DNA of 64,000 nt, taken from NCBI GenBank assembly GCA_017447265.1, contig JAFSOA010000008.1, forward strand, positions 15,167 through 79,166. Reading direction: 5' to 3'. Source of the DNA: Bacteroidales bacterium (GTDB taxonomy: Bacteria > Bacteroidota > Bacteroidia > Bacteroidales > UBA932). Numbering within the stretch: position 1 is the stretch's first letter; the number at the start of each line of letters is the position of its first letter. Below the pieces are notes generated by a model that saw nothing but the letters and a program-made list of their open reading frames with translations, did not search any database and was not told the origin of the DNA. The position numbers were made by a program, and so were the translations under genes. This document shows positions 23,272 to 31,774 of this stretch, piece after piece.

Positions 23272-23283
23272 GCACTGTTCAAT

Positions 23284-23469
23284 ATGGCAACAATCATCTA
23301 CATTGCCGGCCTGGTCCTGGCAGTCCTCGCCGTCATCGACATCATCAAGAAGCCGATCTCCATGGTCGGCAAGGTTATCTGCTCGGTTATCGTGCTCTGC
23401 ACCAGTTGGCTCGGCCTGGCTGTCTATTATCTCTACGCCAAGAACCACATCACCGACTGGTTCAAATAA
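23284..23469 (+). CDS. small membrane protein (PLD N-terminal-domain-like)
   Basis: 61 aa with two hydrophobic helices. The AVIDIIKKP...W pattern resembles the cardiolipin-synthase N-terminal domain family. Confidence 0.6.
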   Translation: MATIIYIAGLVLAVLAVIDIIKKPISMVGKVICSVIVLCTSWLGLAVYYLYAKNHITDWFK

Positions 23470-23487
23470 CCCACGGCCACCGCAGCT

Positions 23488-24267
23488 TTATTCTTTCGAT
23501 TTCGCCTCGTTCCAGAGGGCGTCCATCTCGGCAAGCGTCATGTCGTTCAGGTCGCGGCCGAGTTCTTTGGCGCGTAGTTCTACATAGGTGAAGCGGCGCT
23601 TGAACTTGAGGTTGGTCTGCTCCAGGGCCGTATCGGGATTGAGATGATAGAGGCGGGCGGCATTGACCACGGAGAAGATGAAATCGCCCAGCTCGGCCTC
23701 CTGGCTTTTTTTCGTGCCGTCCTGCAGCTCGGTCCGGAGTTCTCCGAGTTCCTCCTGCACCTTGTCCCACACGTCTTCCTTCTTCTCCCAGTCGAAGCCG
23801 ACGGCGCGGGCCTTGTCCTGCATGCGGTAGGCCTTGATGAGCGACGGGAGGCTGTTCGGCACGCCGGAGAGGATGGTCTTGTTGCCGTCCTTTTCCTTGC
23901 GCTTGAGCTGTTCCCAGTTCTGGACCACCTGTCCTGCCGTCTCGGCCTGGACGTCGCCATAGACGTGGGGGTGCCGGTAGATAAGCTTGTCGCAAAGCAT
24001 GTTGCAGACGTCGGCGATGTCGAAGTCGCCCGTTTCGGAGCCGATCTTCGCATAGAAGACGACGTGCAGGAGCAGGTCGCCCAGCTCCTTGGCGATATTG
24101 TGCATGTCGTGCGCCAGGATGGCGTCCGCCAGTTCGTAGGTTTCTTCGATGGTGTTGGGGCGCAGGGAATCCAGGGTTTGCTTGCGGTCCCAGGGGCATT
24201 TCTCGCGCAGGTCGTCCATGACATTGAGCAATCGCTCGAACGCCTGCAGTTCTTTTTCTCTGTTCAT
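23488..24267 (-). CDS. mazG: nucleoside triphosphate pyrophosphohydrolase MazG
   Basis: LREKCPWDRKQTLDSLRPNTIEETYELADAI plus a duplicated EEL/GD MazG domain. Confidence 0.92.
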   Translation of the reverse strand: MNREKELQAFERLLNVMDDLREKCPWDRKQTLDSLRPNTIEETYELADAILAHDMHNIAKELGDLLLHVVFYAKIGSETGDFDIADVCNMLCDKLIYRHPHVYGDVQAETAGQVVQNWEQLKRKEKDGNKTILSGVPNSLPSLIKAYRMQDKARAVGFDWEKKEDVWDKVQEELGELRTELQDGTKKSQEAELGDFIFSVVNAARLYHLNPDTALEQTNLKFKRRFTYVELRAKELGRDLNDMTLAEMDALWNEAKSKE

Positions 24268-24290
24268 GGTCGCAAATTTACTAAATTTCT

Positions 24291-24298
24291 TAACTTTG
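24291..24298 (+). promoter_or_regulatory. -7 promoter motif
   Basis: TAACTTTG, 34 nt upstream of ATG 24333. Confidence 0.45.
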
Positions 24299-24332
24299 TA
24301 GGATTAAAGAATCCAATCTAACCCTTTCAGAT

Positions 24333-25631
24333 ATGCAGAATATCAAATTCATCTCCGCCGACGAAGCCGTCAAGGTCGTCAAGAGCGGTGACCACATCCA
24401 CCTGAGCAGCGTGGCCAGCGCGCCCCAGGTCCTCATCCAAGCCCTTTGCCGTCGCGGCGAGGCCGGCGAACTCAAGGATGTCCGCATCCATCACCTCCAC
24501 ACCGAAGGAGAAGCTCCCTACACCGAGGAGCGCTTCCAGGGTACCTTCTTCCACCAGGCCTTCTTCGTGGGCGGCAACGTCCGCAAGAACGTCCAGGCCG
24601 GCTGGGCCGACTACATTCCCATCTTCCTGAGCGAGACGCAGAAACTCTATCGCAGCGGCGTTCTGCCCTGCGACGTGGCCATGATCCAGGTTTCGCCCGT
24701 GGACAAGCACGGTTATGTGTCGCTGGGTACCTCCGTGGACGCCACGCTGGCAGCCATCGAGTGCGCCAAGACCGTGATCGCCGTGGTCAACAAATACGTT
24801 CCCCGCGCCTGGGGCGACGCCGTGATCCCGGCCAGCATGATCGACCTCTTCGTGGAGGACAACACCCCGCTGATGCCGGCGCATTTCTCCGAGCCGTCCG
24901 AGATCGAGACGAAGATCGGTATCAACTGCGCCAACCTCGTGGAAGACGGCGCCTGCCTGCAGATGGGCATCGGCGCCATCCCGAACGCGGTGCTCGCGCA
25001 GCTGGGCAACCACAAGAACCTCGGTATCCACACCGAGATGTTCGCCGACGGTGTCCTGCCGCTTGTCAAGAAAGGCGTCATCAACGGCATGAACAAGAAA
25101 ATTGACAAGGGTAAGATGGTCTCCACGTTCCTGATGGGTTCGCAGGAGGTCTACGACTTCATCGACGACAACCCGATGGTGGCCATGATGGATGTCGGCT
25201 ATACCAACGATCCGTATATCATCGCCAAGAACCCGAAGGTCTGCGCCATCAACTCCGCCCTCCAGGTGGATATCACCGGTCAGGTCTGCGCCGACTCCCT
25301 CGGCACGAAGTTCTACAGCGGTGTCGGCGGCCAGATCGACTTCACCTACGGCGCTTCGCTCTCCGAGGGCGGCAAGGCCATCATCGCCATGCCTTCCGCT
25401 ACGAACAAGGGCGTCAGCAAGATCGCTCCAGTCCTGACCGAGGGCGCCGGCGTCGTTACGACCCGCAACCACATCCACTGGCTGGTCACCGAATACGGTG
25501 CCGTCGATCTCTACGGCAAGAGCCTCCAGGAGCGCGCCAAACTGATCATCAGCATCGCGCACCCCGATGCCCGCGAGTCTCTCGACCGCGCCGCCTTCGA
25601 GCGCTTCGGTCCGCACTACCATAGCTTCTAA
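24333..25631 (+). CDS. acetyl-CoA hydrolase/transferase family protein (4-hydroxybutyrate CoA-transferase-like)
   Basis: 432 aa. GDHIHLSS..A.PQ..I.AL, LQMGIGAIPNAVL and SGVGGQIDF are typical of the family. Confidence 0.88.
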   Translation: MQNIKFISADEAVKVVKSGDHIHLSSVASAPQVLIQALCRRGEAGELKDVRIHHLHTEGEAPYTEERFQGTFFHQAFFVGGNVRKNVQAGWADYIPIFLSETQKLYRSGVLPCDVAMIQVSPVDKHGYVSLGTSVDATLAAIECAKTVIAVVNKYVPRAWGDAVIPASMIDLFVEDNTPLMPAHFSEPSEIETKIGINCANLVEDGACLQMGIGAIPNAVLAQLGNHKNLGIHTEMFADGVLPLVKKGVINGMNKKIDKGKMVSTFLMGSQEVYDFIDDNPMVAMMDVGYTNDPYIIAKNPKVCAINSALQVDITGQVCADSLGTKFYSGVGGQIDFTYGASLSEGGKAIIAMPSATNKGVSKIAPVLTEGAGVVTTRNHIHWLVTEYGAVDLYGKSLQERAKLIISIAHPDARESLDRAAFERFGPHYHSF

Positions 25632-25658
25632 TACCGGGGCTCTGCCCCGAAAAAAAAT

Positions 25659-25705
25659 CGCCATCCTCACCAGATGCTTTCAGTGAGGATGGCGTTCGTT
25701 TTTTT
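25659..25705 (+). terminator. rho-independent terminator
   Basis: CGCCATCCTCAC / GTGAGGATGGCG form a 12-bp stem followed by TTCGTTTTTTT. Confidence 0.7.
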
Positions 25706-25786
25706 GAGGTCCCATCCTCGCTGGTAGCTTCTGATGAGGATAGCGACCGGTTAACTATTTGCTGAATCTTGCGTCCTGTATAGTGT

Positions 25787-26296
25787 ATGGATACCATGAC
25801 GGAGCTGGAATTTGCCCATCTTTCCAAGAGGATCCGGGGAAAACTGACGGCTTTGGCACAGCGTTTCATCCGGGCTTCCGGATTGGAGGTTGAAGCCGAG
25901 GATATCGTGCAGGAGGCGCTGATTGCTCTTTGGCAACTGTCGCAGAAGGGCTATCCGATCCGGGATGCGGAGGCGCTCGCCGTGAGGATTACCAAGAACA
26001 ATTGCGTCGACCGGTATCGGAAACGGCACATCCGGTTCGAGCCGGTCACCGATATGCCCATCGCAGGCGATTTGCGCGCTACAGCCGGTACAGAGCAGAA
26101 GGATATTGAAACGATCCGCACGATCCTGCATCGGGAACTGTCTGAAAGTCAGCGGCAGCTGCTGTATCTTCGCAATGAATGCGGCCTGACGCTCGACGAA
26201 ATGGCAAAGGTTACCGGCCGGCCGAAAGCCAGCATCAAGGTAGCTATCTCCACGGCGCGCAAAGCAATGCTGGATAAGTTGAAAACAATGGGATGA
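25787..26296 (+). CDS. ECF-type RNA polymerase sigma-70 factor
   Basis: Region 2 reads EDIVQEALIALW. Region 4 reads LSESQRQLLYLRNECGLTLDEMAKVTG...STARKAM. Confidence 0.88.
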   Translation: MDTMTELEFAHLSKRIRGKLTALAQRFIRASGLEVEAEDIVQEALIALWQLSQKGYPIRDAEALAVRITKNNCVDRYRKRHIRFEPVTDMPIAGDLRATAGTEQKDIETIRTILHRELSESQRQLLYLRNECGLTLDEMAKVTGRPKASIKVAISTARKAMLDKLKTMG

Positions 26297-26838
26297 CTAT
26301 GGATAGGGAAACACGCAAAGCTCTGATTGAAAAGTATCTCGAGGCAGAGACTACGCCCAGTGAAGAACAGCGGCTCCGGGAGTGGTTCGCTTCTCATCCT
26401 GCTGAGGGGGATGAACGGGAGATCGCCCTGCTCATCGGCCTTTCCGCCCCTTGCGGGCATTGTCTGCCTGAAACGGGCGATGGAGAAGCGGAATTTGACC
26501 GGATTGTGGCAGCCGCAGAAAGCGGGCGCCGTCGCAAGATGGTCCGCTGGCCGCTTTGGACAGCAGCCGCGGCAGCGGCCGTCGCCCTGCTGTTCTGGTT
26601 AGTTCCGACCCGTCGGGGCGCTGCCGATCTGTTGACGCCCATCCAGATTGCCGAAGGCATCCAGCAGATGATGCTGCTCGACATCGGTGACATCGAATCC
26701 ATCGTGGCGACGCCCGCCGGATCTTATGCCATCCTGACGGCTCAACTGAAGGACGGAAGTTCCTGTTCGTATATCCTGACTTGCAATGAGGACGAAGGTA
26801 CCACGTCGCTCCTTGCGTATTCACCAAACAATAACTAA
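26293..26838 (+). CDS. putative anti-sigma factor (single-pass membrane protein)
   Basis: ATGA overlap with the sigma gene. One TM helix (LWTAAAAAAVALLFWLV). Confidence 0.6.
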   Translation: MTMDRETRKALIEKYLEAETTPSEEQRLREWFASHPAEGDEREIALLIGLSAPCGHCLPETGDGEAEFDRIVAAAESGRRRKMVRWPLWTAAAAAAVALLFWLVPTRRGAADLLTPIQIAEGIQQMMLLDIGDIESIVATPAGSYAILTAQLKDGSSCSYILTCNEDEGTTSLLAYSPNNN

Positions 26839-26852
26839 TCAAGATCAAGATC

Positions 26853-27395
26853 ATGAAACGACTTTTCCTGTTCCTTTCCCAGCTGCTGGTTTTTGTCGGC
26901 AGCAGCGGACTCCTGCCAGCGGAAGCTGTTGCTGCAGTCCCCGATACCCTCAACCTTTATGTCATCGATAAGCAGATGGTTTCGCAGTTCGACGGCTCCC
27001 AGCTTGTCGGAAAAAAGATTGTCGCTTATCGGATTACAACGGGGACGCTTACGGCGGGTTCTTCCGGCAAGGATATCGTCCGAATCCACGACATCCAGAC
27101 TGAAGCCGCAAGTACTTCGTCCATGCACGTGCTGGTCGCCCAAACTGCCGACCCGGCTTATGTCATTGATGGCAAGCAGGTTTCAAAAGAAGTCTTCGAA
27201 CAGCTGAAACCTTCGGGCATCCACAGCGTCACGGTCGTCAAGAAAGGCAGCCGGGAAGACGTGAAAAAATACGCAGGTTGGGAAAACGGCGTCATTCTGG
27301 TTACGACCAAAAAAGAGGGCCGCCCCTCGGTGGAGACCGCAGACGGTGATTCCCTGAAGGTGATCACCATCAGGAAAACCAACGCCGCGAAGTAA
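26853..27395 (+). CDS. hypothetical exported protein
   Basis: Has a signal peptide. C-terminus SVTVVKKGSREDVKKYAGWENGVILVTTKK resembles the short plug-like motif of TonB-dependent receptor N-termini. Confidence 0.6.
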   Translation: MKRLFLFLSQLLVFVGSSGLLPAEAVAAVPDTLNLYVIDKQMVSQFDGSQLVGKKIVAYRITTGTLTAGSSGKDIVRIHDIQTEAASTSSMHVLVAQTADPAYVIDGKQVSKEVFEQLKPSGIHSVTVVKKGSREDVKKYAGWENGVILVTTKKEGRPSVETADGDSLKVITIRKTNAAK

Positions 27396-27443
27396 CCCCC
27401 GTCCCAGCTTCTGCTGTCGCCGCAACACGCTGCGCTGCATTTT

Positions 27444-27564
27444 TTTTTCGCTGCAATGTACGCACTTGACTGTCAGTTAATTATGCAAGTTGATCCCCCT
27501 AGATTTGAGGGGGATCAACTTCTGTAAAGCGCTGTATGTCAAGTGCGTACATTGCAGCGAAAAA
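27444..27564. repeat. nested perfect inverted repeats (27-bp outer arms, 12-bp inner arms)
   Basis: TTTTTCGCTGCAATGTACGCACTTGAC (27444..27470) is the exact reverse complement of 27538..27564. The inner arm AGTTGATCCCCC (27488..27499) pairs with GGGGGATCAACT (27509..27520). Confidence 0.95.
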
Positions 27565-27644
27565 GTGGCCGTACGTGACCGGGCGCGACCGTACGTGGCC
27601 GTACGTGGCCGGAAGGGGCCGGGTAGGGCGGGGGGCGTTGGTCG

Positions 27645-28733
27645 TTACTCGCCGGCGGCTTTGAGGCGTTCGGCGTTTTCGGCGATCTGGAGCTGGTCGA
27701 TGACTTCCTGGATATCGCCGTCCATGAAGACGGGGAGGTTGTACATCGTATAGCCGATACGGTGGTCGGTGACGCGCGACTGCGGATAGTTGTAGGTGCG
27801 GATCTTCGCGGAGCGGTCGCCGGTCGAGACCATCGTCTTGCGTTTGGCCGTGATGTCGTTCAGATATTTCTCGTATTCAAGATTGTAGAGACGGGTGCGG
27901 AGTTCGGCCAGCGCCTTGTCGAGGTTCTTCAGCTGGGAGCGTTCGTCTTGGCACTGGACTACGATGCCCGAGGGAATGTGGGTCAGACGGACGGCGGAGT
28001 AGGTGGTGTTCACGCCCTGGCCGCCCGGGCCGGAAGAGCAGAAGAGGTCCTTGCGGACGTCTTTCATGTCGATTTCCACGTCGAACTCGTCGGCTTCCGG
28101 CAGCACGGCCACCGATGCGGCGGAGGTGTGGACGCGGCCCTGGGTCTCCGTCTGGGGGACACGCTGGACGCGGTGCACGCCGCTTTCGTATTTCAGCGTA
28201 CCGTAGACCTTGTCGCCCGATACCTTGCACACGATCTCCTTGTAGCCGCCGGCAGCGCCTTCGCTGACATTGGTTACCTCGCACTTCCACCCCTTGCGCT
28301 CGAAATACTTGGTATACATGCGGAACAGGTCGCCGGCGAAGATGGCGGCTTCGTCGCCGCCCGTGCCGCCGCGGATCTCGAGAATGGCATTCTTGCTGTC
28401 CTGCGGGTCGGCCGGGATGAGCAGGATGCGGATCTCCTCTTCCATCTTCGGAAGTTCTTCTTCCAGGGCGGTGGCTTCCTCCTTGGCCATCTCGCGCAGA
28501 TCCTCGTCCTTCTCGTTGAGGAGGATGTTCTTGGCGTCGGCCAGGTCGCCGACCATCTTGCGGTAGCGGTCGCCCGCCTGGACGACGGGTTCCAGTTCCT
28601 TGTAATCTTTGTTCAGCTGGACATATTTCTTCATGTCGGCAATGACCTCGGGGTCGCCGAGTTGCGTGCCGATGGCCTCGTATTTCGCCTTGAGGCCGTC
28701 CAGTTTTTCGAGCAAATTGTTTTCTGCCATCAC
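27645..28733 (-). CDS. prfA: peptide chain release factor 1
   Basis: GGQ motif SGPGGQGVN and the RF1-type PxT tripeptide context [17 protein letters not shown]. Confidence 0.95.
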   Translation of the reverse strand: MMAENNLLEKLDGLKAKYEAIGTQLGDPEVIADMKKYVQLNKDYKELEPVVQAGDRYRKMVGDLADAKNILLNEKDEDLREMAKEEATALEEELPKMEEEIRILLIPADPQDSKNAILEIRGGTGGDEAAIFAGDLFRMYTKYFERKGWKCEVTNVSEGAAGGYKEIVCKVSGDKVYGTLKYESGVHRVQRVPQTETQGRVHTSAASVAVLPEADEFDVEIDMKDVRKDLFCSSGPGGQGVNTTYSAVRLTHIPSGIVVQCQDERSQLKNLDKALAELRTRLYNLEYEKYLNDITAKRKTMVSTGDRSAKIRTYNYPQSRVTDHRIGYTMYNLPVFMDGDIQEVIDQLQIAENAERLKAAGE

Positions 28734-28778
28734 TTGTGCATTTGGGCTGCAAAGATAATATTTTTTTAAAAAATATTG

Positions 28779-28788
28779 AGGGGGGGGG
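28779..28788. repeat. G10 homopolymer tract between divergent promoters
   Basis: Ten consecutive G counted at 28779..28788. Flanked by the palindrome AATATTTTTT-T-AAAAAATATT (28756..28776). Confidence 0.9.
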
Positions 28789-28808
28789 GTACGTATCTAA
28801 ATATTTTT

Positions 28809-28816
28809 TAAATTTG
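28809..28816 (+). promoter_or_regulatory. -7 promoter motif for the CapD-like gene
   Basis: TAAATTTG, 56 nt upstream of ATG 28872. The prfA-side motif TATCTTTG is on the minus strand at 28749..28756. Confidence 0.45.
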
Positions 28817-28871
28817 CATGGGAAACTGACCCCGATTGTAAACAAAAGTCTATCGTTTAGCTAACAATTTA

Positions 28872-30770
28872 ATGAATAATAAGTTCCGTCAACTCTTCGA
28901 CAGGTTCGTGTCCCGCTACGTAAGTACCGGATTCATCTTCCTGATGGATGTGGCCCTGTCGTTCATTTCGGCGCTGCTGGTCAGTGTGGCCGTGCAGTAT
29001 CTGGCCGATGCCGGAGATTTGCCACCCACCGGTTTTTTCTCCTGGGCCTGGCTCTTGATTTCCACCCTTTCGGCCGCCCTGATGTTCTGGCTCTTCAAGA
29101 GCTACCGCATCATTATCCGTCATTCCTCGATGTCCGATATTTTCCGCTTCGGAGTGGCCGTATTCTGTGCAGCCGTGCTGGACGGACTGATCCTGTTCAT
29201 CGCAGGCAGATGGTTTTCATTCACGCTGCTGATCCTGGTCTTCTATGTCGTCCTTTGCCTTTTCCTGCTGATTTCCTTCCGCGTGGTGATGATCCGCGTC
29301 TATGAGGAGATGCAGCGCCGGTTCCGGGTCCGGAAGCAGAATGTCCTCCGCGTCCTGATCTATGGTACCGGAGACAAATGCATCGCCCTGGAGACGCGCC
29401 TGCGCAACTCCGGGCACTACGAAGTCGTGGGCTACCTGACCGATGTTTCGTCCGAGCAGAATATGACAACCCACAAGCTGCCGGCTTTCTTGTTTGAGAC
29501 GACCCATGATTTGAAGGAAATCATCAATAAACGGAATATCTCCGGCATCATCTTCGCCCGCGACTCCGATATCCGGAAAGAATCCAGGCGCCTGCTTCCC
29601 TTTGCCACGGAAAACAAACTCCGTCTGCTGGTGGCGCCGTCCATCGACGAATATTCGAATGTGACGGCCCAGAGTGTCCGGAATGTGAAGGTGGAAGACC
29701 TTTTGGGCCGCGACGAGATTGCCATTTCGATGGACAAGATCAGGGAGCGCTTCGCCGGCAAGGTGGTGATGGTGACCGGCGCTTCCGGCTCCATCGGCTC
29801 CGAGCTCTGCCGCCAGCTGGCCCGTTTCGGGATCAAGAAGCTTGTGTTGTACGACAATGCCGAGACCCCCATGCACAACCTCCGGCTCGAGCTGGAAGAC
29901 AAATACAAGGACCTGCATTTCGTGCCGGTGATCGGCGACGTGCGCCAGCTTCCCCGGCTCGACTATGTGTTCCGGACCTGGCATCCGCAGGTGGTGTTCC
30001 ATGCCGCTGCCTACAAGCATGTGCCCCTGATGGAGGACAATCCCTGCGAAGCGGTGCTGGTCAACCTGATCGGCTCGCGCAACGTGGCCGACAAGTGCAT
30101 CGAATACGGCGCAGAGATGATGGTGATGATCTCCACGGACAAGGCGGTCAACCCTACGAACATCATGGGATGCACCAAGCGCCTGGCTGAAATCTACGTC
30201 CAGTCCATCAACAACGACAAGACCAAGTTCGTCACCACGCGCTTCGGCAATGTGCTGGGTTCCAACGGCTCGGTGATCCCGCGTTTCCGCGAGCAGATCG
30301 AGAAGGGCGGTCCGGTAACCGTGACCCACAAGGATATTACGCGCTACTTCATGACCATTCCGGAAGCCTGCCGCCTGGTGTTGGAGGCTGCCACGATGTC
30401 GGCGGGCAAGGACATTTTCGTCTTCGACATGGGCAAACCCGTGAAGATCGACAAATTGGCGCGCCGCATGATCGAACTGGCCGGTTTTGTGCCCGACGAA
30501 GATATCAAGATTGTCTATACCGGCCTCCGGCCGGGCGAAAAGCTCTATGAAGAAGTGCTTTCCGACAAGGAGAACACCCTTCCGACACAGCACGACCGCA
30601 TCCGCATCGCCCATGTCCGCCAGTACGCCTACGAGGATGCCCGCCGCTTTGTCGGTGAACTGGAGGTTCTCTCTCGCGAAGTGCGCATCCCCGAGATGGT
30701 CAGGGAGATGAAGAGGATCGTACCTGAGTTCAAGTCGAACAACTCAAAATTCGAGGAGTACGACAAATGA
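28872..30770 (+). CDS. polysaccharide biosynthesis protein, CapD/WbpM-like membrane-bound NDP-sugar 4,6-dehydratase
   Basis: N-terminal TM helices. Rossmann motifs YGTGDKC and VMVTGASGSIGSEL, plus AAYKHVP. Confidence 0.9.
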   Translation: MNNKFRQLFDRFVSRYVSTGFIFLMDVALSFISALLVSVAVQYLADAGDLPPTGFFSWAWLLISTLSAALMFWLFKSYRIIIRHSSMSDIFRFGVAVFCAAVLDGLILFIAGRWFSFTLLILVFYVVLCLFLLISFRVVMIRVYEEMQRRFRVRKQNVLRVLIYGTGDKCIALETRLRNSGHYEVVGYLTDVSSEQNMTTHKLPAFLFETTHDLKEIINKRNISGIIFARDSDIRKESRRLLPFATENKLRLLVAPSIDEYSNVTAQSVRNVKVEDLLGRDEIAISMDKIRERFAGKVVMVTGASGSIGSELCRQLARFGIKKLVLYDNAETPMHNLRLELEDKYKDLHFVPVIGDVRQLPRLDYVFRTWHPQVVFHAAAYKHVPLMEDNPCEAVLVNLIGSRNVADKCIEYGAEMMVMISTDKAVNPTNIMGCTKRLAEIYVQSINNDKTKFVTTRFGNVLGSNGSVIPRFREQIEKGGPVTVTHKDITRYFMTIPEACRLVLEAATMSAGKDIFVFDMGKPVKIDKLARRMIELAGFVPDEDIKIVYTGLRPGEKLYEEVLSDKENTLPTQHDRIRIAHVRQYAYEDARRFVGELEVLSREVRIPEMVREMKRIVPEFKSNNSKFEEYDK

Positions 30771-31753
30771 AGCCGGGTTGGGTAATCGCCCTCTTTGTGG
30801 TCCTGTTCGCCGCTGTGGGCTATCTCTTCTGGGAGACGCGTCCCGCGGTCCGGCTGACCCGTGAGGGCGTTGCCGTGGCCGAGGTGGCGGGGGATTCCGT
30901 GATCATCATCGAGCGTACCGTTTCCCGGGAAAACATCTTGGTGCCCGGTGTGCCGGACTATATCGTTTTTGCCAGCGACACCATCCGCTTCGACCGCGTG
31001 GACATGCGGGAACGCATGGACCGCGAGCTGATCGCCTTTACCTACAGCCATTCCAACTCGCTGCTCATGCTCAAGCGCTCGACCCGCATCTTCCCGCAGG
31101 TGGAGCCACTGCTGGCCGCCAACGGCGTTCCCGACGACCTGAAATACCTGATGGCTATTGAGAGCAATGTCAGTGAAAACGCCGTTTCCCTGGCGGGCGC
31201 GGCGGGTCTGTGGCAGTTCATGCGCGACGTGGGGCGGGAGTACGGCCTCGAGGTGACGGCGACGGTGGACGAGCGCTACAATATCCGGAAAGAGACGATC
31301 GCCGCCTGCGATTACCTCAAGAAATCCTATGCCCGTTTCGGCGACTGGATGACCGTGGCCGCCAGCTACAACGGCGGCATCAACGGCATCGCCCGCAAGC
31401 GGGAACAGCAGCAGCAGTCCAGGGCACTCGACCTTCAGCTCGTGGAGGAAACGTCCCGCTATATGTTCCGCATCCTGGTGGCCAAGCTCTTTTTTGAAGA
31501 TCCGGAAAGTTTCGGCTTCCAGCTCGATGAAAAGGATTATTACCCCTATTTCCCGCCGAAGCGGACAGTCTTCGTCAGTGAATCCATCGACGACCTGGCG
31601 GCATTCGCGGCGCGCTATGGCCTGACATATGCCCAGCTGCGCCGGGCCAATCCCTGGCTGCGCGACATGAAACTGGCGGCCAAGACCGGAAAGACCTACG
31701 AAATCCTGATTCCTGACCTGGAGGCAGAAAGAAATTATTTCTTACATTTGTAG
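30767..31753 (+). CDS. lytic transglycosylase domain protein (SLT + LysM-like C-terminus)
   Basis: LMAIESNVSENAVSLAGAAGLWQFM. C-terminal YGLTYAQLRRANPWL...GKTYEILIP. Confidence 0.82.
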   Translation: MKPGWVIALFVVLFAAVGYLFWETRPAVRLTREGVAVAEVAGDSVIIIERTVSRENILVPGVPDYIVFASDTIRFDRVDMRERMDRELIAFTYSHSNSLLMLKRSTRIFPQVEPLLAANGVPDDLKYLMAIESNVSENAVSLAGAAGLWQFMRDVGREYGLEVTATVDERYNIRKETIAACDYLKKSYARFGDWMTVAASYNGGINGIARKREQQQQSRALDLQLVEETSRYMFRILVAKLFFEDPESFGFQLDEKDYYPYFPPKRTVFVSESIDDLAAFAARYGLTYAQLRRANPWLRDMKLAAKTGKTYEILIPDLEAERNYFLHL

Positions 31754-31774
31754 GCAGTAATTTCTTTTGACCCC

